A DNA stretch of 64,000 bases, taken from NCBI GenBank assembly GCA_964016885.1, contig OZ024744.1, forward strand, positions 89,962,001 through 90,026,000. Reading direction: 5' to 3'. This document shows, piece by piece, positions 14,560 through 27,476 of this stretch (its first letter is position 1; each line of letters opens with the position of its first letter). The notes below the pieces were generated by a model that saw nothing but the letters and a program-made list of their open reading frames with translations, was not told where the DNA came from and did not search any database. The position numbers and the translations under genes were made by a program. The DNA is from Eledone cirrhosa (lineage: Eukaryota).

Positions 14560-15993
14560 CATATAGTTTATCATAAATCTTTCGTTGCACATCTGCAACA
14601 TCGTCAGTGGTGTTATATTTTCCTCCTGTTGTGTTGTATGTCTACGCCATTTTTATTCAGTCTGTCTATATATTTATTTATTTATTTGCTTGTTTGTTTA
14701 TTTTATTTTGTTTTCTTTGCGCATGCGTTTGCGTGTGTGTATAGTGTTATCTTTGTTGTGTGATGGGTGACTAGTGTGTGTTTATGTGCTTGTTGTTATT
14801 GTGCTTGTGTATGTATTTATTTATTTATTTATTTATCTTATTTTATTTACTTATTTATACTTCTCTTAGGTCAGTGTTGTTTGTTTGGGTGTTGTTGTTA
14901 TTCCATTCATTCTTTCTGTTTAGCTTTGGTCTTCTAATTTCTATTTCACTGGCCTCTCTGATTTGCCTATCTGCTGGGTCATTTCTATGTTTAGATATTA
15001 TTCTAATTTCTATGTTGTCTATGTTACCGCCATGTTGTTGTCTAGCATGTTCGTATAGTACTGACCCGTTTTTTCGTCCTTTTAGTTCCCCCCAGTGTTG
15101 GTCTATCCTTTCACCTATGCTACGAGCTGTCTCACCTATGTATGTTGTTGTCATGTTTCTGCAAGTACCCTCTGTATATCTTATGCTATAGACTACGTTT
15201 CTAGTTTTACAGTTTATCCGGGGGTTCACCTTACATATGATACATTTCCTATTGGTACAGTGGGTTTTCTTAAAAGGGTAGGTTTTGCTGATCAGGGATT
15301 TTATGGTGGTTCCTGGCTTTTCTAACACCTTTATTTTTAAGTGGGTCTTTCTCAGGGCCTTTCTACACTGGTTAGCTAATTTCCCTCCAGGAGTGGTGTC
15401 CACAAACATGACACTCTGGTATTTCTGGTTGTCGTACCATGAGGTGGCTTTCCCTATCTTATGTCTAGCCCTATCTAAGCTATTCCATGATTTGCTCCTG
15501 TATAATGGGCAAATTCCTTTCATGTCCAGTTCTATGAGGGTCTTATACTTTTCCATGGCTCCTTCGTATACTCTGACTCTGTCTCTTTGGTTGTAGCCAG
15601 AGAACTGCATGCGGTTGATGAAGTGTTGGATGTGTTTTTCCATTTCTGTTGGGTCGCACATGCGGGACACATTCTTCATCACTCGTACCAAATCTGCGAT
15701 CAGAATATTAAACTTAGCACTACTGGACATTGCTGAGTTTTTGAGTATCAGGTATTTGGAGGCCATGGGTTTAGCATAGTGTGAGTGGAAAATTTGGGCT
15801 CTCTCGTCTATAGTGTTAATCCAGAGTTCTGTGTCTAATACAGGTAGTCTAACCCCTATTGCATGTGCGACCATTTTTCTTACCTGATCATTGTTTTAGG
15901 GGGTCCGTATAGCTTTGGTCCACCCAATCCACCTTTCCATGGGAGTCTTTTTTGCCAAACACCCTAACAATAGACTACCTGTATTAGACACAG
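14560..15993 (-). mobile_element. Penelope-like element (PLE), truncated and rearranged; ORF 14855-15874 = RT thumb + GIY-YIG
   Basis: LPVLD, CxxxxCxxC..C...VVY...YIGETAR..ER..H, E..I..LN motifs; hammerhead remnant downstream at ~14570-14612. Confidence 0.9.
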
Positions 15994-16118
15994 ATTAGAA
16001 ACAATTTTGATTGGTCGGTAGAGTCACGGGGTCATACTTTTTCCTATTTCCCACTCTACTACTCTAAGTATTGAGTACTCTGGTGCGTTATGGTGCATCT
16101 GGTTCCTTACCACAATTC

Positions 16119-16189
<71 letters not shown>

Positions 16190-16219
16190 AGATCAAAAGA
16201 TGGTTAAATGAGTTCCATG

Positions 16220-16290
16220 TATTTTATTATGCGCATTTCAAAAAAAAATATCATCATGCAATAACATTTGTGTTTTCATCAGATAAAATA
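16220..16290 (-). ncRNA. Type I hammerhead, mirror copy in the same palindrome
   Basis: Reverse complement of 16415-16485 with one stem II change. Confidence 0.78.
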
Positions 16291-16414
16291 GGAGGACATG
16301 ATATGAAGGTTAAAAAACACTTGTAGATAGTGCAGTTTTAAATCAACATATAAATATGTTGATTTTAAACTGCACTATCCACAAGTGTTTTTTAACCTTC
16401 ATATCATGTCCTCC

Positions 16415-16485
16415 TATTTTATCTGATGAAAACACAAATGTTATTGCATGATGATATTTGTTTTTGAAATGCGCATAATAAAATA
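16415..16485 (+). ncRNA. Type I hammerhead, AT-rich family
   Basis: Stem I UAUUUUAU/AUAAAAUA, CUGAUGA, long stem II, GAAA, palindromic stem III AUGCGCAU, AUA cleavage triplet. Confidence 0.8.
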
Positions 16486-16613
16486 CATGGAACTCATTTA
16501 ACCATCTTTTGATTTTTGATCTTATATATTATGTATACTCCAGTCCTACAAACTGTAGAGTGCTTCTTATCCGATATCTGCATTACTTTATTGTACTACA
16601 ATAAAACTCACCT

Positions 16614-16707
<94 letters not shown>

Positions 16708-17219
16708 AATATTAAATTCAGCAAGAATCGTATTTCGGCGGGTAGAAATAAGCAAAACTCAATTTATGTGGCAAGCGCTCCATGGACCAAAAGAGACCAG
16801 AGCAATAAACATATGTTATAAAGGCCATACATGCTGAGACTGCAGTTAAGAAGCTATCAACCACCTAAGCCCCCAAAAAACGAAGCAAACTAAACAGAAA
16901 GATAAATTGAAAGATAAATTTACCCGACCCCTTGGAAATGGTGGTATAATCCAGTACAGGGTTTCTGCGACACCTAAATCAATAATACTGTCTGCTTAAA
17001 AAAATAAGCCTTTGGTATAATGATCGAACAAGGATATCACTTTCTCAACAAGTATTTTGTTCTGCACCAGTGTTTTGAATCTCACAGTGTTTTGAAAGCA
17101 CATGTGTAACTAACTCTACAGGGGATAAAACCCCAAATTTTGGCAAATGTATTCAGTATATGTAATCGATGCAAAAATTGCAAAAACAACACAAATCGAA
17201 TTAAGCTCTCGACCGGGTA

Positions 17220-17283
<64 letters not shown>

Positions 17284-17354
17284 TATATTTAACCAAAGAT
17301 TAATATGGTTCGTTGATTACTCAACGAATACAATATTAGAAGCACTGAACAGTG

Positions 17355-18770
17355 TAAACCTATATAAACCTCCGGTAATCTCCGGCAGTTTTCTATTTAT
17401 CATGTTAAGGATAAAAATGCCCACAAGATCTGCAACTTGCGCCGAATCTGACGAACCCATAGTAATATCAAAATTCGGAGATTACTGGAGGTTTATATAG
17501 GGACGACATACTATTTATTGTAGAAAAACATAACAATAGTGAATTAAATAGAGTAAAGAAAGCAATTATAGAATTTTTTTTTTAATTATGACCTGAAATT
17601 AGAAGTAGAAAATAATAATAAAATAGTCTATTTTTTAGATGTGACTCTAAATCTGAACTCAGGCCTTTATTACCCTTTCCACAAGGTCAATGAGAACTTA
17701 AATTATGTTATTTTTTATTCTAAACATCCTAAAAGTGTTAAGAACGCAATAGTCAACAGTGTACAACAACGAATATCCAGGCTATCTGCTAATAGATCCA
17801 TATTTAATAGTAAGGCTATATATTATAATGAAGCGTTACATAAAGCTGTATATAACAATAATATTGAGTATATAGATAAAAATACTGATATCCATCAAAA
17901 TAAAATTAATTATAATCACAATAATCATAATAAAAACGAATATAAAAACAACTTGATGAATAAATCGAAGAAAAAAATAAGAACTAGATCTATAATTTGG
18001 TATGCTCCGCCAGCCTCTTTAGCTATTAAAACACCTGTAGCACATTTATTTTTTAAAGCTTTGGATAAATGCTTCCCTAGGTCACATAAATATTACCATA
18101 TCTTCAATAGACACACAGTTAAACTATCTTACTCAACAACTATGAATATTGCTCACAATATAGCAAAAATAAAGAATAAAAATCTTAATTTGAACCAACC
18201 TATAATTAGCAATAATAATAATAATAACAATATATTAGTTAATGGGAATAACAATAATAATAGTTTAAACACGAATAATAGTAGAACACCTTTAAATAAT
18301 AATGTGAATAGTATATCGTCTGTAAATAACACTGAGAAGAAATGTAATTGTAGAAAGAGGTCTGAATGTCCTTTACAAAATAATTGCCTCGACAAAAATC
18401 TAGTATATAAATGTACCATTAAGACAAATAATAATATATATAACTACATAGGTGCCACCTCATCTAAATTTAAGGAACGTTGGTATAATCAAAGACATAC
18501 TTTTAATAGACCAGATAAGAAACTTTCAAGTTCACTTTCGCAATTAGTATGGTCTTTAAAGGACAATAATATTAAATACTCCATCTCTTGGAGGAAATTA
18601 AAGAAAGCTACTAGAACTCAACAATCTCAGAAATTTGCAATCTTTGCAACGAAGAGATTTTACAGATAATCACAAACTATGACAATTTAATCAACAAAAA
18701 AAAATGAATTATTTAGTAGTTGTCACCATAAAATTGGAAAAACTTTGCAGGCAAAAAAAAATAATGATAT
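17355..18770 (+). mobile_element. Second Penelope-like element (different family) with 5' inversion
   Basis: GLYRDD at ~17490, FLDVTL, IIWYAPP, CNC..CPL..CL..VY..YIG..KER. The inverted piece 17360-17475 encodes FDITMGSSDSAQVADLVG. Confidence 0.9.
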
Positions 18771-19599
18771 TTAATAATTTAAATATATATAAAATTTTCT
18801 TTATTGAAGTAATAATTTATTGATATTTATATGTATTGGAATAATTTCATTAAGAGTCTCTTTATCCTATGCTTTGATTAGGATAGTTCAATATTTAATT
18901 AGACATCAATCACGATATATACAATTAGATGATTTATGGCTTTTGAAATATCGCTGGACGTGAGAGTAGAGATAAGTTATAAATGCTTATACGGTGAATT
19001 TGTTATCTTCCTTTTGTTTAAATTGTCCGTTAAAATTTCTTTTTGAGTAGCTTGTTAAAACATATTAAATATGAAATATGAAGTTTAATAATATATAGAC
19101 TAGCATTAAAAGGAAACTATATATCAAAATGATTAAATACAGAAGTAAATATAACCATTCATTAAATAAATTAAATAAAATTATAGAGAGTAAATATAAC
19201 CACAGTTCGATTCTAAGAAATAAATGAAAATTTAAGAATAGTAAAGCTTTTATAAAGCGAATTTCTAAATTAAAATTAATTAATTTGGGTAATAATTGAA
19301 CAAAATATATTATATGTATTGATGGGTATATATCTATGGTATTATATTTTAATACATATTTAATAATTATTTAAATACGCTTTAATGATTAATTCTTTTA
19401 AAGTTGTAGTAAAATATTAATAGAATATCTTACCTTAAAATTAAAAATTATAATAATCTATGAGCTAAATTAAATTATATACATTTCTAATTAACTTAAA
19501 TATTTGATTGCTATAGAAAGTAATCTATACCTAATAATCTAGATATAATATAAAAGTATAATTAGCTAAAACATAATCCAATACAAGCGATATTAATTG

Positions 19600-19695
19600 A
19601 TTGACTTTGCCTTTCATCCTTACGGGGTCGATAAAATAAAGTACCAGTAATGCACTGGGTAATTGCTGGCCTTGTGCCAAAAGTAGAAACAATTA
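19600..19695 (+). mobile_element. SINE 3' half
   Basis: Core and tail of the same SINE; a similar minus-strand half lies at ~33100-33200. Confidence 0.85.
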
Positions 19696-20136
19696 ATTGA
19701 TATATGTGAATAGATTTTTGATTTCTTATTTTATCTAGCATTTGAATACAACAGTTTTTTATTCCCCTCCATTTCATATTTTCTTCTTTTTCTTCGTTGT
19801 TCTTTATTCCCCTTCGTTTCCTCGTTACTCTCCCTACATCTTCTCTCTTTTGTCCTTATTCCTCTTTTCTTTTCTTCTTTTCTTCTTTTCTTCTTTTCTT
19901 CTTTTCTTCTTTTCTTCTTTTATTCATTAATTAATTTATTTATTTATTTAGTTATTTATTACCTTTTCCTCTTCTTTGCACCCCCTCTTATATTTCTAAC
20001 TTGCTCTAAGTCATTTTCTTCTTTAAGTTTATCATATTATTTGTGGTATAAAAACGTTGAGATTTAATGAAATAAATCACTGCCAATACTGGAATTGAAT
20101 AATCAAAACCGTAGCGGTATGTCACATATCAAATCA

Positions 20137-20203
20137 TATATTTTGTCTGATGAAAACGTACTTAAACACCATAGTACCTTTGAAATATGTATAACAAAAT
20201 ATA
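20137..20203 (+). ncRNA. Type I hammerhead, AT-rich family
   Basis: Stem I UAUAUUUUGU/ACAAAAUAUA, CUGAUGA, stem II AAA.GUACU/AGUAC.UUU, GAAAUAUGUAUA. Confidence 0.8.
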
Positions 20204-20447
20204 TATTTTGATTATGAGAATATTTTTCATTCATTAACATTTTGAATAATATATATACAGTATATATATATATATTACAAAGGAATTGTGGTAAGGAACC
20301 AGATGGACCATAACGCACCAGAGTACTCAATACTTATGGTAGTAGAGTGGGAAATAGGAAAAAGTATGACCCCGACGGCAGAGCTCAAGCCGTTTCGACG
20401 GCTATTTCTGGACTGAGTCGAGCTCTGCCGTCGGGGTCATACTTTTT

Positions 20448-20501
<54 letters not shown>

Positions 20502-20824
20502 TAACAGATCAAAGTTTAAGCAAAGAATCGCTGCTTTCACCCTTAACGGGACTTCTGAAACTAAAAAATTCAATCTGCGAACGCAGAAGTAAATATTTCG
20601 AAAAACGTTGCAACCGAAGGAAGACAGGAAAACGATACTTTAGTTCGTCGAAACGTTCCCTGGCAAAGAACGGGGAAAAAAACGAAGATAATACGTCATT
20701 ATTTGGAGCCAAAAGTTGAAACAATTATTTGGAGCGATGAAAACAATTACACGCAAAGACAAAACCACGTATATAGTATAAATGAAGTCGTAAACTAATA
20801 TTCTATTAGGTGGTTCGTGGAGAC

Positions 20825-20890
<66 letters not shown>

Positions 20891-20911
20891 GAATATATAA
20901 TGAATAAATAA

Positions 20912-20946
<35 letters not shown>

Positions 20947-21576
20947 GAATAAATAAATAAATATATATATATATTTATTTATTTATTCATTTTTGCAAGG
21001 TTTTTGATATGAAATCGTGTTTCGAAACAAATATTGTTATACTTGAGAATAATATTGCCAGAAATAATAACAGGCATACTCACTGTTGGGTTGGTTTTCG
21101 CTTCTGTATCATTTATATCTCCATAGTTAATTTATTTGGCAATCAACGTTTATCATTGATTGACCAACGGTTAAAAATACGAATATATATATATATATAT
21201 ATAGGTGTGTGTGTGTATGAAAAGAGTCATGACCCTGACGGCTGAGATCCGACTGTTTCGACAGCTAGATCCGAAGAGTTCGGATCTAGCTGTCGAAACG
21301 GCCGGAGCTCATCCGTCGGGGGTCATGATTCTTTTCATATTATCCCAAGTATCGAGTACTCTGGTGCGTTATGGTCCACCTGGTATCTTACCACAGCCTC
21401 TCTGTTTTATATATATATATATTAGAAAGTGAGGGTTTTTTTACAAAATGAAAAATAACCGAGGTGTCCTACACGAGTGAAAGTATAAAGAAAAAAAGAT
21501 GAAATCGAAAATGCAACTGGAGTCTTATTTTTTTTAAATGATGTGAGAAAAACCACAGACCCTCCATCTCAACTCA

Positions 21577-21614
21577 CCTTTTGAAAAGCAGAAGAACTGC
21601 GAAACCGGTAAAGG
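21577..21614 (+). ncRNA. Minimal type I hammerhead with U3:A8 core
   Basis: CCUU UUGAAAA GCAG-aagaa-CUGC GAAAC-cg-GUA| AAGG. Confidence 0.7.
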
Positions 21615-21684
21615 AACCAAATAAATATATATATTTTTTTTTAAAAATAAGACTCCAGTTGCATTTTCGATTTCATCTCTTTTT

Positions 21685-21800
<116 letters not shown>

Positions 21801-22371
21801 GGTTACACAACAGTTAGTTCACCATACCGAGAACAATTGTTTCACCTTAGCGGATCCTCAGCTCGTAATGGACATGATAACTGAACAACACCTTTCACAT
21901 ATATTCTCAACGCTTCGAAAGCCTCTCTGTCTGCCTGCTGACAGCAATTTCTGAAAGCTGTCAGCAATTTCTGCATAAATTACAAGGTGTGAATTTTGGG
22001 TTTCTAGATATATAGTTTGGACAGAGTGTGTGTGGTTCCTTGTGCAGTTGTAGCTATCTTTTGTATTATTTCTTTGAATAATTGGCAATGCTAATTTTAT
22101 AATGTTGACACCCACCTTTAGTCGCTAAGTTTAGGCGGAGTGGTGGATTGAACTAGTTAATGTTTTATTTTCTTCTAATTGGTTTTAATTTTCATGTCTG
22201 TGACTTTGTATTTATGCAATAAGAATAAGCTCAAAATACTGAAAACGTCGTTTCACCTTATAAATTTCGGTGACATTATTACCGAGACATGAGTAAAATA
22301 ATTCAATCAAAATATATAATAATCTATATATGATTATGTATGTAAACATGTTTTTTCTATATTTATTCCAG

Positions 22372-22409
22372 AATTCCCAGATCGAAGAGATGCACGAACA
22401 GGATGAAGC
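22372..22409 (+). CDS. Possible small upstream exon of the MMP gene
   Basis: Pyrimidine-rich tract + CAG, reads NSQIEEMHEQDE(A), GTGAGA donor in phase 2, which is the phase the 40204 exon needs. No homology support. Confidence 0.3.
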
Positions 22410-22418
22410 GTGAGAAAA

Positions 22419-22497
<79 letters not shown>

Positions 22498-22498
<1 letters not shown>

Positions 22499-22790
22499 TT
22501 TTCTTTATTAACCACAAGGGTTTACATAAAGTAGACATTAAGGACAGTACAGGACAATACAGGACGGTACAAATGGGCATTTCTGCGTGTAAAAAAAACA
22601 GAGGATGTAATAAAAAAATAACAATGAAAAATTCCCAATAGGGGGGAGACTTCCGAGGGACATTTGTGGAGAAAGTCCATTAAAAGACCACAGTGACCCT
22701 GACCACCAGGGCAAGTGCCCTCTCCCAGTTTTCCACCTTTAATTTACAGACAGATACTCAGAGTAGGCCCATTCACTCGGGCCATACTTG
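22498..22790 (-). mobile_element. Short 5'-truncated Tx1-like copy (3' UTR + last codons)
   Basis: Matches 47645-47945, flanked by (AAT)n. A further ~17 bp terminal stub lies at about 22827-22843. Confidence 0.9.
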
Positions 22791-22791
22791 C

Positions 22792-22828
<37 letters not shown>

Positions 22829-22867
22829 TTTTCTTTATTAACCAATAATAATAATAATAATAATAAT

Positions 22868-25800
22868 GATTTCTTTATTAACCACAAGGGTTTACATGAA
22901 GTAGACATTAAGGACAGTACAGGGCAATACAGGGCGGTACAAATGGGCATTTCTGCGTGTAAAAAACAAGAAACAGAGGATGTAATAATAGAACAATGAA
23001 AAAATTCCCCAATAGGGGCGGGGGAGACTTCCGAGACACATTCGTGGAGAAAGCCCATTAAAAAGCCACAGTGACCCTGACCACCAGGGCAAGTACCCTC
23101 TCCCAGTTTTCCACTTTTAATTTACAGACACATACTCAGAGTAGGCCTATTCACTCGGGCCATTCTTGCCTCTCTCACCCATCTTTCAACAAAATGCTGG
23201 GAAGAGAGCACTTCCCTTTCTACCCTGATTTTCCTTTTTAAATGAAATTTGAAAAAGTTAATCAGGGCATCACCGAAGAGGTAGTGCTCGTCTTCAGCCC
23301 TTTCAAACGTGTCCACCATACTATCTCTTTCGTCATGGCCACCAGACAGATAAAAACTGCCTGCCCTTCCCGGCTAAAGGAAGAGGGCGGGGCAATCCTC
23401 ACGATGGACTCAGCTGATAGCTGGATCCGTCCTACACGCGACAGCAGGTGTTCGACATAAACCCACAAGTCAGCAATGCTCAGACACTGGACGAGTGCGT
23501 GTAGGACGGATTCGTCGCCCTGTGCGCATCTCGGACATGCCCGGCTGACGGCACCTCCATGCCTGTAGAGTTTATCCCTAACTGGAAAAGCTCCTCGGTA
23601 GCACTGCCAGGCCAGGGATTTCTGGAAGTTGTCCATAGGCCCCGGCCCGAAAGTTTTTCCGAAGATATTGGCTAGTTGATTTTCGTCGACGCCTAGAGTT
23701 TCCCCAAGTACGTCGTCGCTCTTCCCCTCCACTAATCCTCTATAGAACGCCAAGGTGGAGTTTCCACCGATCACATTGCCCGATTGGTCGAGAGCTGTGA
23801 GCGCCTGAAGACATTCCAGTCTCCAAGCGCTCCCTCTCGGTCTTCGCTTGACCCAGGACTGCAGCTCCGTCAAGGAGACGAGCTGGGGAAAGACGCGTCT
23901 AGCAAACGGAGACCACACCTGATCACCGTTGAGGAAGAGGTGGAGATGTCGTAGCCTGAGCGCGTGTCTGCGCATCATCAGCCACGGCATTCACAGCCCT
24001 CCACGTAGCGGGTGTTGACAGCAGATGGACCGCCTGACCATCGGAGCGCGTCCCTTCCACAAAAAGCGAAAGAGCAAACGCTCCAGCACAGTCAGGCGGG
24101 GCTTAAGACAAGGTACGACGGTCAGGCGGTAGTAGATGACGGACGCGATATACGCGTTAGCCACCTCCGCTCGACCTTTCAGGGATAGCTTTCTCTCGGC
24201 CCATTTCTAGGTGAGAGAAGCCACCCTGTTCGTCACCTCGTCCCAGTTTTTGTCCGTCTGGAGGTCCGGACCGAACCAGACCCCGCGCAATTTAACTGGT
24301 CCGTCCGTCCAGCGCCTGACGACGCTGTTGGACGGCATGGACCTGCCTCTCCAGGTGCCGAGCTGCAGGCCCACTAACTTTTCCTGGTTGATCATTGCTC
24401 CTGTCACCACTTCGTATTCTCTTAGTGTAGTACCGATCGCCTCGATGTGTTTGGCGTTCGACACCACTACGGTGACATCGTCCGCATATGCTGACACGGA
24501 TCTTCCGCATCCTAGTTCGCGCGGGACCCCCCTCAACGTCTCCAGTTTGTGCAGTAATGGCTCGAGAGTCAATACGTACAAGAGGGACCGATGGTCGACT
24601 CTATCGAAAGCTTTCCATTGATCTAAATTGATCAAGGACCCACCCGTGCCAGGTTCCCTAGCTACCCTCTCTACGATGTATCGCATGAGGTGGAGGTTGT
24701 CATGGATGGATCTGTCGGGAATGGCGCATGTCTGCGCCTCTCCCACCAGACCACCAACGACAACCACCAACCTCTTTGCTAGCACCTTGGCCAAAATCTT
24801 GAACTATGTGTTTAGCAGAGTTATGGGCCTGAAATTATCTATGTTATCCCCCTTGTTCGGATCCTTTCTCAACAGCGCCAACGCTCCTCGGCTCACAGAG
24901 CTGGGAATTCTCCCGTTCTGTTGCCAGTTGCAGTAGACGTCCGCCAAGAGGCCTCCGAACAAGTCTGGTATCTGTACGTAAAGTTCATAGGCAGACCATC
25001 CAAACCAGGCGATTTACCCCTTGTGCAGCCAGTCATTGCCTCCCGTACTTCACCGGCTGTTATCGGCTTTTCGCAACACTCCGCCTCAGTGGCCGAGAGC
25101 CGCGGCAGTCCGTCGAGGTAGACACTAAAGTCCAACCCTCGATACGGCCCGCCGCTGCCTCCGCACAGCTGAGCGAAGTATCGCTGAAAAGCTTCACACA
25201 TTTGCCTGGGATCGAGTAGCATGCGCCTGTCGTGGTCTACCAAAGACCGGATCGTGGCAATGTTGCCACGGCGCGCCTCTTCCCCTCGGGCCCGTTGAAC
25301 GGCTTTCGTCCCCTCGTGTCTGAGAGCACGCTCCCTTGCTCTGACAACGCAGCCTTCGTGCTTTGCATTGAAGAATTGGTCAAGGGCCAATTTCACCGCA
25401 AGTACGTCGGTCGCGATGCCTTTGCTAAGAGCCTCGTCTAATTTTCTAACTAGTTCTCCCTCTGCTCTATTTTTCTCTATAGCTAAAGCCTTACTAAACC
25501 TAATGGACTCTATTCTAATCGCTCTTTTCAGAGCAAACCACCACTTGTTGTTGACGATGGCCCCCGTCAACGCTCGCTTAACTAGCTCGCTAATCCGGTC
25601 TCTGTAGGCCTTGCGCGCTGGTAAGGACGCGTTTAGCTTCCAGTAGCCGGGTCCTCGTCTATGAAGCCTATCTAAGTCAAGCACACAGATCACGAATTTG
25701 TGGTCCGTGTAGCTGACTATCTTGAATTGTGGACAGCCTATGCTAGACCTATCTATTTCCCTACAAAATACTCTATCTAGATATGATCTGGATGACCCTA

Positions 25801-27450
25801 TGCGATTTGTCCAAGTCCACGTTGGCACATTCGGGAAATCCAATCGGTACCTGTCAGACAGTTCAAAACGCCTGAGCAGGTTGGTGAGGCTCTTGCACCC
25901 TACTCCCCTATCCGCTAATCCCACACAGTCCCAGCGTGCATCTAAGATCCCGTTCCAGTCGCCCACTAAAACTAAAGAGCGGGACGATCCTAAAAAGGTC
26001 TCCAGACACCGGAAGAAATCAGGCCGCCCTGCTCATGTCGGGGTATAGACGGCCACTAGCCTGAAACCTTTCCCGTCTCCGCTGGTCACGTCCAGCACCA
26101 CCAACTTACCTTCTGGGTCCAGGAAGATGGCCCGTATGGCGAGATCCAAACCTCTCCGAAAAAGCACAGCAACTCCACCCCCCGATCCAGGACGGCTGGG
26201 AGATGCGTACACATCGTATCCGCGAAGATCGGTGCGAAGGCCCGTGCTTCGGAGATTCTAGTCTCGCTGCTGGCCACTACATCTATGTTTAGTGACCTGA
26301 GGTCGTTGAGCAGGTGGCCCTGCTTCCATGACGACCCCAAGCCACGCGCCTTTATGCTGCCTATTCTGAGTGAGGTCATGTTGAAATGGGGTGGAAAAGG
26401 TGGGAAAGACCACTTACCTTACTTCTCGTAGAGGAAGGATGGTTTCTCCATCCCTTTCCACTTGATCGTCTGGTGAAGGGACCGTTGAATCGTCCTTTCG
26501 GCTGGTCGTCGGCTCTTCTGTGAGTATATCCGAATATACTCTCCGGTTGAGTGTCCCTCCTAGGTCTCTGAAATCACCAACTGCGTTGGGGAATTTCGTT
26601 TTAATGTTTGTGTATTGTTTCTGTGCTATTCTTACCAGTCTTATGTTCGTTGGTGTTTTGATTGGTACTGGTATTATGTAGTCGTGCTGTGAAATGTCTG
26701 TGTGTTCAATTATGTCAGTCATTAGTTTCTTGTTGTGTGTATTTATTGCTGTGCATTTCTTTTTCTGGGGGTGGGGTGTGGTTCTGGGTGTTATTGCTGT
26801 TGTTGTTATTGCTGCTCCTGCTGCTGTTGTTGTTGCTGTTGCTGCTGCTGCTGCTGCTGTTATTGTTTATGCTGCTGCTGATGTTGTTGCGGCTGCTTCT
26901 AGTGTTTTCCTTGTCACTGTTGCTGCTGTTATTACGGCTGCTGCTGCTATTCTTCATGACGTCAGACGAATGAAATGGCTTTCCGTATTTACGGCACACA
27001 TTTTTCGTCGTTGTCGTCGTCGTGGAGAAATGTTCCATGGTATGCACGTTCTCTTGGTGAAAGCTACCAGAAACTATATTTTTCTTTTTCTTTAATGGCG
27101 TCGCTTGCGAAAGAGGCGACACCACATTTAGAGAAAGGAGGGAGAGAGACAATCTTCTCTCTGATGTAATGACGATTGAGGAAGAAGACGGAAAGAGTGG
27201 GAGTGACTTGTGAAAATTCTTTTTTGTAGCCATGTTTTTTTTTACGGTTTAAAATGAATATTGGGCACAAAACCCCAATAAGCGGTTATTTAACCCCGAA
27301 GGGCCAAATAACGGGCGGAAAGACCCCTCTCACGAGGAGAAGGGTGTTTTTATCTACAATTTGGTTCAAGTTTTAAACAATTTACAATTGTTATAGCGGT
27401 TAAAAAGGACTATACCTTACAGAGCCGAGCCTCCGTCAACCATGGCATTC
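22868..27450 (-). mobile_element. Tx1-like copy with both ends, internal deletions and frameshifts
   Basis: High similarity to 41929-47945. ORF1 core deleted near 26790, RT segment containing QGCPLS deleted near 24588. (AAT)n on both sides. Confidence 0.93.
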
Positions 27451-27476
27451 AATAATAATAATAATAATAATAATGA

